From NCBI GenBank assembly GCA_035695125.1, contig DASSEU010000025.1, forward strand, positions 113,526 to 177,525: DNA of 64,000 bases. The letters run 5' to 3'. Below are positions 35,192 through 44,493 of this stretch, piece by piece. Within the stretch, counting starts at the first letter, position 1, and every line of letters starts with the position of its first letter. The position numbers and the translations under genes were made by a program. The notes below the pieces were generated by a model, which was given only the letters and a program-made list of their open reading frames with translations, made no database searches and was not told where the DNA came from. This DNA is from Acidimicrobiales bacterium. GTDB taxonomy: Bacteria; Actinomycetota; Acidimicrobiia; Acidimicrobiales; JAJPHE01.

Positions 35192-36432
35192 CCGGTCTGG
35201 ACCCCGAAGGAGCCCCGCTCGATCGCTGTTACGGGTAGGAGGGTGGGCCATGGGACGTCAGGGAGCGGGGCGTTGAAGGTCTCGTACTTGGGCTTGGCGG
35301 TGGCCCGGTAGCGATCGGTGGAGTGGACCCGGTCGGAGTCGTGCTCCGGGATGACCTTGTCCCCGAACAGCTCCAGCAGTTCGAATATCTCGTCGGGGTG
35401 GAGATCCTGAGGTATGCCGAAGACCAACTGGTCGCATCCCACCGACTTGTAGGACTCCAGCTGTTCTGACACCTCCTCCGGGTTGCCGACCATCATGAAG
35501 CCGCCCGTTATCAGCTGGTCCAACAGCTCCTCGGGATCTCCGTCTCCGACCATGTCTCGCAGCACGACGGGGGGCTCCGGCCAGGTGACCGCATCCGGGG
35601 ACTTGGGCATGGTGTCGTGGTACAGGTTCACCATGGTGACCAGGTAGCCGTTGACCCGCTCCAGCGCCAGCCTCCTGGCCTTGGCGCGGTCTTCGAAGCA
35701 CAGCACACCGTTGGTCATCATCAGGTTGTCGTTCATGAACTGGCCGAGGGGCTCCTCGCATCTGGAGATGCCCTCCTTGTAGGCCTCGATCCGGCCCCGC
35801 AGGTTGTAGATCGGCTCGAAGTTGAACGCCACGGCTCCAATGCCGAGCTCACCGGCCTTCTGGAACGTCGGGGGGTTCCCGCAGGCCACCCAGATCGGGG
35901 GATGTCCGGGTCCGTAGGGCTTGGGAAGAACGTTGTGGGGCGTCGGCACGGTGAAGTGCTTGCCCTCGTAGGAGTAGTCCTTCTGCTCCCACATGCGCGG
36001 GATCTCTCTTACGACCTCGTCCCACTCGGACTTGGTGGAGTTGGTGTCGAGGATGTTGAAGCTGGCCATCTCGTGGCTGCCGGCGCCCCGTCCGGTTCCC
36101 CACTCGTAGCGTCGCCCCGTGACGTGGTCGAGCATGGCCGCCCGCTCGGCCAAGCGAACCGGGTGCTCCTTGCGCGGGGAGAGGCTGTTGATCCCCGAGG
36201 CCAGATGGATGTAGTCGGTCTGTCCCGCGACCAGGCCCATGAGGACCTCCGGTGCCGACATGTGGCTGTACTCGGTGAGGCAGTGGTGCTCACCGAACCA
36301 GGCGTACTTCCAGTTGTGGCGGTCGGCGAAGATCGCGTATTCCGCCTCCCGCATCAGGCGATGGTGCTCCCACTCCGGCTCGTGTGCTCCCGGCCCGGGG
36401 ATGTAGCCGTTGAGGAAGATGCCGAACTCCAT
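35188..36432 (-). CDS. LLM-class (luciferase-like) flavin-dependent monooxygenase
   Basis: MEFGIFLNGY...WFGEHH...SGINSLSP, typical of the bacterial luciferase family. GGAGG precedes ATG 36432. Confidence 0.85.
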   Translation of the reverse strand: MEFGIFLNGYIPGPGAHEPEWEHHRLMREAEYAIFADRHNWKYAWFGEHHCLTEYSHMSAPEVLMGLVAGQTDYIHLASGINSLSPRKEHPVRLAERAAMLDHVTGRRYEWGTGRGAGSHEMASFNILDTNSTKSEWDEVVREIPRMWEQKDYSYEGKHFTVPTPHNVLPKPYGPGHPPIWVACGNPPTFQKAGELGIGAVAFNFEPIYNLRGRIEAYKEGISRCEEPLGQFMNDNLMMTNGVLCFEDRAKARRLALERVNGYLVTMVNLYHDTMPKSPDAVTWPEPPVVLRDMVGDGDPEELLDQLITGGFMMVGNPEEVSEQLESYKSVGCDQLVFGIPQDLHPDEIFELLELFGDKVIPEHDSDRVHSTDRYRATAKPKYETFNAPLPDVPWPTLLPVTAIERGSFGVQTG

Positions 36433-36444
36433 GCGAGCCTCCGT

Positions 36445-36485
36445 TTTGCCAGGGTGCACCGAATAATATAACGTTATTATCTAGT
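36445..36485. promoter_or_regulatory. AT-rich divergent promoter/operator region with core palindrome ATAACGTTAT (36468-36477)
   Basis: This is the most obviously AT-rich stretch I noticed in the window (gaataatataacgttattatctag). It sits between the divergent LLM (36432, -) and amidohydrolase (36518, +) starts. TTGCCA-17-TAACGT can be read on the plus strand. Confidence 0.4.
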
Positions 36486-36517
36486 CCTGCACAGCCGGCG
36501 GCACAGGGGGGTAGCCC

Positions 36518-37699
36518 GTGATCATCGACATCGACACGCACTTCGAGCCGGGCCGATCGTGGCTGGACGAATACCCCCGCCTCGCCGAGCGGCTGCCGCC
36601 GTTCTCGGTGGCCGACGCCACCGTCCGGGCGGTCGTGGGGGACCTGCTGGCCCGGGTACCCCCCGATCAGCGACCCTCCACCGAGGCGCTCCTGCCGCCC
36701 GGGCTGGCCGCGATCCTGGGGGAGGCCAAGGTCGACGGCTACGGCTTCGAGGGCTCGGCCATGCACAGCCCGGGTGATCCGGTGGAGCGGGTGGCGTGGA
36801 TGGACCGGGTCGGGACCGACGCCGCCAACACCATCTGCCTGGAGGGCGCCGACTATGCCAGCCGCGTCGATGACCGGGACCTGGCCCGAGAGGCCATCCA
36901 CACCTGCAACACCTGGCTGGCCGACCGGGTCGACGGCCACCAGGACCGCCTCATGCCCCTCGCCACCATCGACGGCACCGACGTCGACTGGAGCATCGCC
37001 GAGCTCACCCGCATGCGGGCCCGAGGGAGCCGCTCGTTCCTGATCGACACCATCCCGGCTCCGGGCTTCCCGCCCATGCACGAGCGTTACGAGCCCCTTT
37101 GGTCGGCCGCCGAGGACCTGGGGATGGTGGCCTTCGTCCATATCGGGCACAACCCGGCCTCGTTCGATCCCGCGTGGGCCAACCACCCCGACCCGATGGT
37201 CCTGCGCCAGCTGGGCGTCAGCCAGGGCAGCCAGTCCGTGCAGCTGATGATCAACGGCATGGTCTTCTCCGGGGTGTTCGACCGTCACCCGAATCTGACG
37301 CTCGTCCTGGCCGAGCTCGGCCTGCACTGGTTCTCCGGCATGGTCGACCACATGGAGTCGCGGGGCCCGGCGCTGCCCGAATCGGCCATCTACCTGGGCC
37401 GCTACCCGTACGAGCTGACGCCGACGGAGTTCGTGCGGCGCAACGTCCGGATCACACCGCTGCCCCGGGCCCACCAGTCCCCGGTGCCTCTCCTGGCCCA
37501 GCTGCCGGAGTGCGTCGTGTTCTCGTCGGACTACTCCCACCACGAGGGCAGCGGGGACCCGACCAGGTACTACGCGGATGTGCTGGCGGAGGTGGCGCCG
37601 GCCGTCCGGGAGTCGTTTCTCGGTGGCAACCTGGCGGAGTGCTACGCCCGGATGGGCGACCCCCTCTCCGTGGCCGCCACGGCGGCTCCTCCTGCATGA
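36518..37699 (+). CDS. Amidohydrolase-2 (ACMSD-like metal-dependent hydrolase/decarboxylase) family protein
   Basis: MIIDIDTHFEP N-terminus and SSDYSHHEG C-terminal metal-ligand region. Confidence 0.8.
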   Translation: MIIDIDTHFEPGRSWLDEYPRLAERLPPFSVADATVRAVVGDLLARVPPDQRPSTEALLPPGLAAILGEAKVDGYGFEGSAMHSPGDPVERVAWMDRVGTDAANTICLEGADYASRVDDRDLAREAIHTCNTWLADRVDGHQDRLMPLATIDGTDVDWSIAELTRMRARGSRSFLIDTIPAPGFPPMHERYEPLWSAAEDLGMVAFVHIGHNPASFDPAWANHPDPMVLRQLGVSQGSQSVQLMINGMVFSGVFDRHPNLTLVLAELGLHWFSGMVDHMESRGPALPESAIYLGRYPYELTPTEFVRRNVRITPLPRAHQSPVPLLAQLPECVVFSSDYSHHEGSGDPTRYYADVLAEVAPAVRESFLGGNLAECYARMGDPLSVAATAAPPA

Positions 37700-38616
37700 C
37701 GGCGGACCGGTCGTGTGAGGGCCGGGTGGCCCTGGTCACCGGGGCCAGCCAGGGCGGGACGGGAACGGCCATAGCCATCCGGCTGGCCGCCGAGGGCGCC
37801 CGGGTCGCCATCACCGCCCGTACGGTCGAGGGGCTGGAGGAGACCCGAGGGCGGATCGAGGCCATCGGGGGCCGGTGCCTGGTACTGCCCGCCGACCTGT
37901 CCGAACCGGGAGGCGGCCGGGCCGAATTGGTCCCGCGCACCGAGGATGCATTCGGCCCCGTCGACATCCTGGTGAACAATGCCGCCGCCAACGGCTACCG
38001 GCCCTTCGAGGAGACGACCGATCGAGGCCTCGAGCGCTGCCTGCAGGTGAACCTGTGGGCGCCGTGGGAACTGATGAAGGCGGTCCTGCCCGGCATGCGG
38101 GCGCGGGGCCGGGGCTGGATAGTCAACCTGACGAGCTTCTCCGCCGAGCTACCGCCGGGCCCGCCCTTCCCTACCAACAAGCCGGCCACCGGGGGCTTCC
38201 AGTACGGAGCGTCGAAGGCCGCCCTCAACCGCCTGACGGTCAGCGCGGCCAGCGAATGCTGGGGACAGGGGATAGCCGTCAACGCCCTCAGCCCCCAGGC
38301 CGCCATAGCCACTCCGAGCCTCGTGGCCGCGGGCTGGATCGACGAGGCCATGTTCGAGCCGTTGGACACCATGGCGGAGGCGGCCCTGGCGCTGTGCACC
38401 GGTGATCCCGCCGTGCTGACCGGCCGGATCGCCTACAGCCTCCAGCTGCTGTCCGAGTTGAACCGGCCCGTCCGGGATCTGACCGGCGGTTGCCTCGTGG
38501 CGGGATGGCAGCCCGATGATCTGCCCGCCGTAGTGGCCCGTCAGGAGGCCAAGCTGGCCGGGCAGGGCTGGAACGACGCCTACTCCTTCGGCCGTAGTCA
38601 CAGCCCGAGGTCGTAG
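37696..38616 (+). CDS. SDR-family oxidoreductase
   Basis: ALVTGASQGGTGTAIA, NNAAAN and YGASKAALN motifs. ATGA overlap with the upstream gene. Confidence 0.85.
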   Translation: MTADRSCEGRVALVTGASQGGTGTAIAIRLAAEGARVAITARTVEGLEETRGRIEAIGGRCLVLPADLSEPGGGRAELVPRTEDAFGPVDILVNNAAANGYRPFEETTDRGLERCLQVNLWAPWELMKAVLPGMRARGRGWIVNLTSFSAELPPGPPFPTNKPATGGFQYGASKAALNRLTVSAASECWGQGIAVNALSPQAAIATPSLVAAGWIDEAMFEPLDTMAEAALALCTGDPAVLTGRIAYSLQLLSELNRPVRDLTGGCLVAGWQPDDLPAVVARQEAKLAGQGWNDAYSFGRSHSPRS

Positions 38617-38657
38617 GTGGCACGGAAATCGACGCCTCGGACCAGGCGCTCTGTCTG

Positions 38658-39866
38658 ATGGCTCGAGTCCACTATGCCGCCAGCGTGCACGACCAGGCCG
38701 AGATCGACGCCGTCGTCGAGGTCCTCAACGACCCTCGGGGCCTGTGGGTCGGCAAGCGGGTCAATGCCATGGAGCGGGAGGTGGCGGCCCTGTTCGGCAA
38801 GGGTGCCGGGGTCATGTGCAACTCGGGGTCCTCCGGGATCTATCTGGCTGTGGAGCTCCTCGGGCTCGAGCCGAGCCGGGAGGTCGTCACCGCCGGGCTG
38901 ACCTTCTCGACCGACGTGGCCCCGCTGGTGCGGGCCGGTCTGGTGCCGGTACTGGTCGACGTGGAGGCCGACACCTACAACGCGGACGTCTCGCGCATCG
39001 AGGAGCTGCTCACCCCGGCCACCGGCGCCATCCTCTTGCCGAACCTCATCGGCAACACGCCCGACTGGGACGTCGTGCGGTCCGTGGCCGACCGCCACGG
39101 CCTCAAGGTGATCGAAGACTCCTGCGATGCCCTCGGTCCAGTGCTGCGGGGCGCCCCGACCGGGCAGCGCTCCGACTACACGGTCACGAGCTTCGCCTCC
39201 TCCCACATCATCACCTGCGCCGGCGGCGGCGGGATGGTGATGATGGACGACGCCGCCGCCCGGGACCGGGCCCTGCTCCTGCGCCGCTGGGGACGGCGCT
39301 CCGAGCTGCACTTCTTCGGGTCCAAGCGCCAGGACCACAGCTTCTGGGAGGACCTGGACGGCATCCACTACGACAACCAGTTCATCTTCGACGAGCTGGG
39401 GTGGAACTTCGAGCCGTCTGAGCTGGGGGCGGCCTTCGGCCTCGAGCAGCTGAAGAAGCTGGCGGACAACCGGGCCCGTCGCCAGCGCAACTTCGCCCTC
39501 TACACGGAGTGGTTCACGGCTCACGACGATTTCTTCCAGCCACCCCGCCAGCAGGAGGGCCTGGAGACGGCGTGGCTGTGCTACCCGGTCCTCATCCGAC
39601 CGGACGCCGGCTTCGTCCGCTCCGCTGTGCAGGAGTACCTCGACGGCCACGACGTCGACACCCGTACGGTGTGGACGGGCAACGTGGCCCGCCAGCCCAT
39701 GCTGCGCGGCGCGGCCCTGCGCCTCCCCGAGGATGGCCTTCCCAATGCGGACGCCATCATGGAGTGGGCCTTCCTGCTGCCGTGCAACCACGGCATGGCC
39801 GACTCCGACGTGGCCTTCGTGCTCGAGCAGTTGGAGGGTTTCCTCAAGACGACAGGAGCCACGTGA
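38658..39866 (+). CDS. DegT/DnrJ/EryC1/StrS-fold PLP/PMP enzyme with His at the Schiff-base Lys position (dehydratase-type, ColD/RfbH-like)
   Basis: Fold-type I sugar-aminotransferase pattern (GVMCNSGSSGIYLAV, VIEDSCDALG). The active-site string SFASSHIITCAGGGG aligns with ArnB-type SFHAIKNITCAEGG and has H where K is expected. Confidence 0.8.
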   Translation: MARVHYAASVHDQAEIDAVVEVLNDPRGLWVGKRVNAMEREVAALFGKGAGVMCNSGSSGIYLAVELLGLEPSREVVTAGLTFSTDVAPLVRAGLVPVLVDVEADTYNADVSRIEELLTPATGAILLPNLIGNTPDWDVVRSVADRHGLKVIEDSCDALGPVLRGAPTGQRSDYTVTSFASSHIITCAGGGGMVMMDDAAARDRALLLRRWGRRSELHFFGSKRQDHSFWEDLDGIHYDNQFIFDELGWNFEPSELGAAFGLEQLKKLADNRARRQRNFALYTEWFTAHDDFFQPPRQQEGLETAWLCYPVLIRPDAGFVRSAVQEYLDGHDVDTRTVWTGNVARQPMLRGAALRLPEDGLPNADAIMEWAFLLPCNHGMADSDVAFVLEQLEGFLKTTGAT

Positions 39867-40654
39867 TTACGAGAGGCGCTTCCCCGCCGGAGGAGCTGTT
39901 CGGCTTGAACGGTCGGGTTGCCATCGTGACCGGATCCACCAAGGGCATCGGCCGGGCCATGGCGGCCGGCCTGGCGCACGCCGGGGCGTCGGTGGTGGTC
40001 TCCAGCCGTAAGCAGGACCTCTGCGACCAGGTGGCAGCCGAGATTGCCGAAGAGACAGGGTCAGCGACCATGGGCCGGGCGTGCCACATGGGTGACTGGG
40101 ACGCCATCCCCCGCCTCGTGGAAGAAGCGCGGGAGCGGTTCGGGCGCATCGACGTCCTGGTGAACAATGCCGGCATCAACCCGGCCCGGATCACGGCGGC
40201 CGACATGACGCTGGACTACTGGCGCAAGGTGTTCTCGGTGAACGTGGAGGGGCCGCTCCGGGCCAGTCAGTGCGTGGCGCCGATCATGCGCGACCAGGGG
40301 GGCGGAAGCATCATCAACATCGGGACCATGGCCGCCTACTCCGGAGGGCCCGCCATCTGCGCCTACGGTGCCTCGAAGGCCGCCCTCCTCAACCTCACAA
40401 AGAGCATGGCCCAGGAGTGGGCGCCCTGGAAGGTGCGGGTGAACATGCTGTCCCCCGGGCCCTTCCCGAGCGAGATGATGGAGGGCGGGGCCAAGGGGGC
40501 CCCCGGGTTCAAGGAGCTGGTGGCCCGGGGAACGTTCCTGAAGCGAATGGCCGAGCCGGGCGAGATCGTGGGTCCGATCCTCTACCTGGCCTCCGACGCC
40601 TCTTCGTTCGTCACTGGGGACGACCTGTCCGTGTCGGGGGGGATGCACAAGTGA
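39863..40654 (+). CDS. SDR-family oxidoreductase (FabG-like)
   Basis: AIVTGSTKGIGRAMA, NNAG and YGASKAALLNLT motifs. AGGAG lies before the GTG, and there is a GTGA overlap. Confidence 0.85.
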   Translation: MITRGASPPEELFGLNGRVAIVTGSTKGIGRAMAAGLAHAGASVVVSSRKQDLCDQVAAEIAEETGSATMGRACHMGDWDAIPRLVEEARERFGRIDVLVNNAGINPARITAADMTLDYWRKVFSVNVEGPLRASQCVAPIMRDQGGGSIINIGTMAAYSGGPAICAYGASKAALLNLTKSMAQEWAPWKVRVNMLSPGPFPSEMMEGGAKGAPGFKELVARGTFLKRMAEPGEIVGPILYLASDASSFVTGDDLSVSGGMHK

Positions 40655-40664
40655 ACCTGTCGGG

Positions 40665-41627
40665 ATGAAGTTCGCGATGTCCATGGCGGGTCTGGGGGCC
40701 CGCCACTACCCGGAGGTGGCCGAGGCGGCAGAGGCCAACGGCTTCGACTCGGTCTGGATGCCCGAGCACCTCATCTTTCCGGTGGAGATGCCTCCCAACT
40801 ACTCCTACACGCCGGACGGCTATCCCCCCATGCAATCCGACACGCCGGCGTTCGACCCTTTCGTGGTTCTGGGAGCGGTGGCCAGCCGGACCACCGACAT
40901 CCGCCTGGCCACCGGTGTATTCATCCTTCCGCTGCGCCACCCGATAGCCGTGGCCCGATCGGTCGTCACCCTCGACCGGATATCGGGCGGCCGGGTGATA
41001 CTCGGGGTTGGGGTCGGATGGCTGCCCGACGAGTTCCACATCGTCGGCCAGGACTTCCACAACCGCGGTCGGCGCACCGACGAGATGATCCAGCTGATGC
41101 GCAAGCTCTGGACCGAGGACACCATCGAGTTCCACGGGGAGTTCTACGACGTCCCGCCCGTCAAGTTTGCCCCGAAGCCCGTGAACAAGCAGGCGGGCAT
41201 CCCCATAATCGTGGGTGGCACCTCTCCGGGCGCCCTGCGCCGCGCGGGCCGGCTGGGCGACGGCTGGATCCACCATGCCCAGATACACGCATCGCTCTTC
41301 AGCGGGGAGCCCAACCCCGGGATCAACGAGGCCGACTTCGCCGAGTTGGAGGGCCATCTCCAGGTGATAGGGCGGCATCGCCAGGAGGCCGACCGGACAC
41401 AGGCGCCGTTCGAGGTCGTGGCGGGGATGGGCGGGACCCTCGACGCAGCCCTCCGCTGCGCCGAGATGGGAGTGACCACCTATACGGTAGGTCCCAGCGC
41501 GGCCGGACTCCGAGGCACCAAGGACGACTTCGTCGAGTGGGCCGAGCGCTTCGCCGACGAGGTGATCTCGAACTTTGGATCAGGTACGTCGGGACAGGAG
41601 GCAGATCCGCGTGCCACAGCCCGCTGA
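40665..41627 (+). CDS. LLM-class F420-dependent oxidoreductase (Rv2161c-family-like)
   Basis: GFDSVWMPEHLIFP...RLATGVFILPLRHP...GGRVILGVGVGW. Confidence 0.8.
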   Translation: MKFAMSMAGLGARHYPEVAEAAEANGFDSVWMPEHLIFPVEMPPNYSYTPDGYPPMQSDTPAFDPFVVLGAVASRTTDIRLATGVFILPLRHPIAVARSVVTLDRISGGRVILGVGVGWLPDEFHIVGQDFHNRGRRTDEMIQLMRKLWTEDTIEFHGEFYDVPPVKFAPKPVNKQAGIPIIVGGTSPGALRRAGRLGDGWIHHAQIHASLFSGEPNPGINEADFAELEGHLQVIGRHRQEADRTQAPFEVVAGMGGTLDAALRCAEMGVTTYTVGPSAAGLRGTKDDFVEWAERFADEVISNFGSGTSGQEADPRATAR

Positions 41628-42303
41628 AGCGCCTCGCGGCTCGGCCCAAGGCAGCGAGAAGGCTCGGGCAACCCGGGCCGCGCTGGTCAAGGTGGCTGCC
41701 GAGCTGTTTGCGGAGAAGGGGTATGTCGAGACCTCGATCCGCGACATCACCCGGAGGGGCGCGGTCACGAGCGGGGCCGTGTACGGCCACTTCCGCAACA
41801 AGGCCGACCTCCTGGCCGAGGCGATCAACCTGTGCATGGCAGAGGAGCTCGAGTCCCGGTCGGTCGAGCTTCTGGGCGGGACTCCGGACTACATCTCGAC
41901 ACTGACCCGGCTGGCGGCCGAGTACGCACAGCGCAAGCGCCTCCGTGCCCTGCTCGTGCAGGGGGCGGCGGCGGCCCAGACCGACGAGGAGGCGCGGACC
42001 GAGCTGCGCGAGGAGCAGGAGGCCCATCTCCAGGGTTGGTTGGAAGGCTACGAGCGTGAGCGGGACGGGTTGGGGATTCATCCCTCCGTGGACATGGAAG
42101 CGGCCCTGCTCTTCACATGGGCGGTCGAGTTGGGCCTCGGGGTTCTGGAGTGTCTGGGGATCGAGCCGACGTCCACCCAAGGATGGGCGGATACACACAA
42201 CCGGTTCGCTCGAAGTCTGCAGCTGCCCCCTGACCGAGGGGCCTCGCCGCGCTCGGCCAAGCAGGGGCCCGGCGCCGCCGGTCGCAGGAGCAAGTCGCGC
42301 TGA
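41611..42303 (+). CDS. TetR/AcrR-family transcriptional regulator
   Basis: HTH region ATRAALVKVAAELFAEKGYVETSIRDITRRGAVTSGAVYGHFRNKADLL. AGGAGG lies 9 nt before GTG 41611. Confidence 0.85.
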   Translation: MPQPAEAPRGSAQGSEKARATRAALVKVAAELFAEKGYVETSIRDITRRGAVTSGAVYGHFRNKADLLAEAINLCMAEELESRSVELLGGTPDYISTLTRLAAEYAQRKRLRALLVQGAAAAQTDEEARTELREEQEAHLQGWLEGYERERDGLGIHPSVDMEAALLFTWAVELGLGVLECLGIEPTSTQGWADTHNRFARSLQLPPDRGASPRSAKQGPGAAGRRSKSR

Positions 42304-42337
42304 AGCCAGCAAGGGCTATATGAAAAGGAAAGGACCC

Positions 42338-43981
42338 GTGGCAGAGTTCAACCTGGCGTTGGTGCACGATACGGTCAGCGCCGCCGTGCCCGACCGGACC
42401 GCCCTGATCCGGGGGCACCGCTCGTGGACCTTCAAGGACATCTCCGAGCGGTCCCGCCGGCTGGCCTCCTACCTCCACCGCCGGGGACTCGGCGCCCACG
42501 CCGAGCGGGCGTCGTTGGCCGGCCACGAGTCGGGCCAGGACCATCTCGGGCTCTACCTCTACAACGGTAACGAGTACCTCGAGGGCATGCTCGGCGCCTA
42601 CCGGGCGCGCGTGGCGCCGTTCAACGTGAACTACCGCTATGTCGAGGAGGAGCTGCGCTACCTGCTGGCCGACGCCCGCACCCGGGGACTGATCTACCAC
42701 GCTGCCTTCGCCCCGGTGCTGGCCGCGGTCCTGCCCGCCCTGGAAGGCGTCGAGGTGCTCATCCAGGTGGCCGACGGATCGGGCCACGACCTGCTCGCGG
42801 GAGCCGTGGACTACGAGGAGGCGCTGGCCTCCGGGGCGCCCGAAGGGCCCCCTGTCGATCCCTCTCCGGACGACCTCTACATCCTCTACACCGGGGGAAC
42901 AACAGGAATGCCCAAGGGCGTCCTGTGGCGCCAGCACGACATCTTCCTGGCCGCCATGGGGGGCCGGCCCATTGGCGGCTCCGAGGAGGTAGCCAGCTAC
43001 CCGGAGATAGCCGAACGAGCGGCGGGACGGCCGGAGTACCGGATGCTGGTTCTGCCGCCCCTGATGCACGGGGCGGCGCAGTGGGCGTCCTTCGGCGGGT
43101 GGACCGGGGGAGGCACGGTGGTGCTGGCACGCGAGAACCGCCGGCTCGATCCGGTGGACGTGTGGAGCACCGTGCAGCAGCACAGCGTCCAGGTGATCAC
43201 CGTCGTCGGGGATGCCATGGCGCGCCCGCTCGTCGAGGAGCTGGAGCGCAACGACTACGACGTCAGCTCGCTGATCGCCATCGGCAACGGTGGCGCCGCC
43301 CTCAACCCGGCGCTCAAGCAGCGCCTGGTCTCCCGGCTGCCGCACCTCATCGTCTCCGACTCGGTGGGTTCCTCCGAGACCGGGGCGCAGATGACCCACG
43401 CCTCGACCAAGGACGACGTGTCCACGGGAACCTTCCGTCCCGGCCCGGGCACGACCGTCGTTTCCGAGGGGCGTGAACGGGTGCTCGAGCCAGGTGGGGG
43501 GGAGGTCGGATGGTTGGCGCAGTCGGGGAACGTGCCGCTCGGGTACCTGGGGGACCCGGCGAAGACGGCCGAGACATTCCCGGTCATCGGGGGCACCAGG
43601 TACTCCGTACCGGGAGACCGGGCCACCCTCCTGGCCGACGGTCAGATCGAACTGCTGGGACGCGACTCGGTCACGATCAACTCCGGCGGGGAGAAGATCT
43701 TTGCCGAGGAGGTGGAGCGGGCGCTCTCCCAGCATCCCGCCGTGGCGGACGTGGTCGTGGTCGGCCGTCCCAGCGATCGTTGGGGCCAGGAGGTGGTTGC
43801 CCTGGTGACGGTCGCGGAGGGGGCGGCGGCTACCCACGAGGAGCTGGTGGAGTTCGCCGCCCGGCACGTCGCCCGGTACAAGCTGCCCAAGGCCACGGCC
43901 TTCCTGTCGGACCTCCATCGCTCTCCTGCAGGCAAGGCCGACTACCGGTGGGCTAGCGAGCAGGCGCTGAGGATCCCCTGA
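42338..43981 (+). CDS. AMP-forming acyl-CoA synthetase (FadD3-like)
   Basis: AMP-binding motif YTGGTTGMPKGV, YSVPGD, and SGGEKIFAEEVE...KAD. GTG 42338 is preceded by AGGAAAGGA; ATG 42320 is an alternative start. Confidence 0.88.
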   Translation: MAEFNLALVHDTVSAAVPDRTALIRGHRSWTFKDISERSRRLASYLHRRGLGAHAERASLAGHESGQDHLGLYLYNGNEYLEGMLGAYRARVAPFNVNYRYVEEELRYLLADARTRGLIYHAAFAPVLAAVLPALEGVEVLIQVADGSGHDLLAGAVDYEEALASGAPEGPPVDPSPDDLYILYTGGTTGMPKGVLWRQHDIFLAAMGGRPIGGSEEVASYPEIAERAAGRPEYRMLVLPPLMHGAAQWASFGGWTGGGTVVLARENRRLDPVDVWSTVQQHSVQVITVVGDAMARPLVEELERNDYDVSSLIAIGNGGAALNPALKQRLVSRLPHLIVSDSVGSSETGAQMTHASTKDDVSTGTFRPGPGTTVVSEGRERVLEPGGGEVGWLAQSGNVPLGYLGDPAKTAETFPVIGGTRYSVPGDRATLLADGQIELLGRDSVTINSGGEKIFAEEVERALSQHPAVADVVVVGRPSDRWGQEVVALVTVAEGAAATHEELVEFAARHVARYKLPKATAFLSDLHRSPAGKADYRWASEQALRIP

Positions 43982-44092
43982 CGTCTGTTAACGCGAGCTG
44001 TCCCGGTCGACTGGGCGCGCCGGATCTACGACCTCTACGTGGCTGACGGGACACCTCCAACAACGCTCACGGGCATGACCCCTGAGCGCTCT

Positions 44093-44442
44093 TGGAGGTG
44101 GCGGGAATCGAACCCGCGTCCTCCGGCTTCTCCACGGGGCTTCTCCGAGCGCAGCCGGTGGGAGGATCTCGGGTCCCGCCCAGCCACCGGCGCCAGTGCG
44201 GGACCCCAGTCAGCTGAAGTGTCCCCTCCCGGTCCGCTGACGAGCCCAGGAGGGTGAGCCCTGCTTAATGACGCCCGCTACCGGCCCACAGGGCTGAAAC
44301 CAGACGGACGCGCTACCTAATTAGGCAGCGAGGCTGAGCTGAGGCTCGGCGTTTGTTTTTGTTTCCGGCTCTTTAGCGTGGATCCGGAGACCACGGCTCG
44401 CTTCTCCCGTTTCGACGACCAGAGTCGAAGCCTGTCACCCCC
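44093..44442 (-). ncRNA. ssrA: tmRNA (SsrA), about 350 nt; tag reading frame ...AEPQLSLAA-stop
   Basis: The 5' end GGGGGTGACAGGCTTCGAC pairs with the 3' end GGTTCGATTCCCGCCACCTCCA (G3:U in the acceptor stem, discriminator A). The internal frame is GCC GAG CCT CAG CTC AGC CTC GCT GCC TAA. smpB lies directly upstream. The 3' CCA is not encoded. Confidence 0.93.
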
Positions 44443-44493
44443 TCGTGTGTGCCCACCCATTGTACCGCCGGCGCGGGCGACGCCGGCCCGGCC

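Noticed and set aside
44039-44257. 72-aa plus-strand ORF.
   Set aside because: It lies entirely antisense to the tmRNA gene and has no coding signal of its own.
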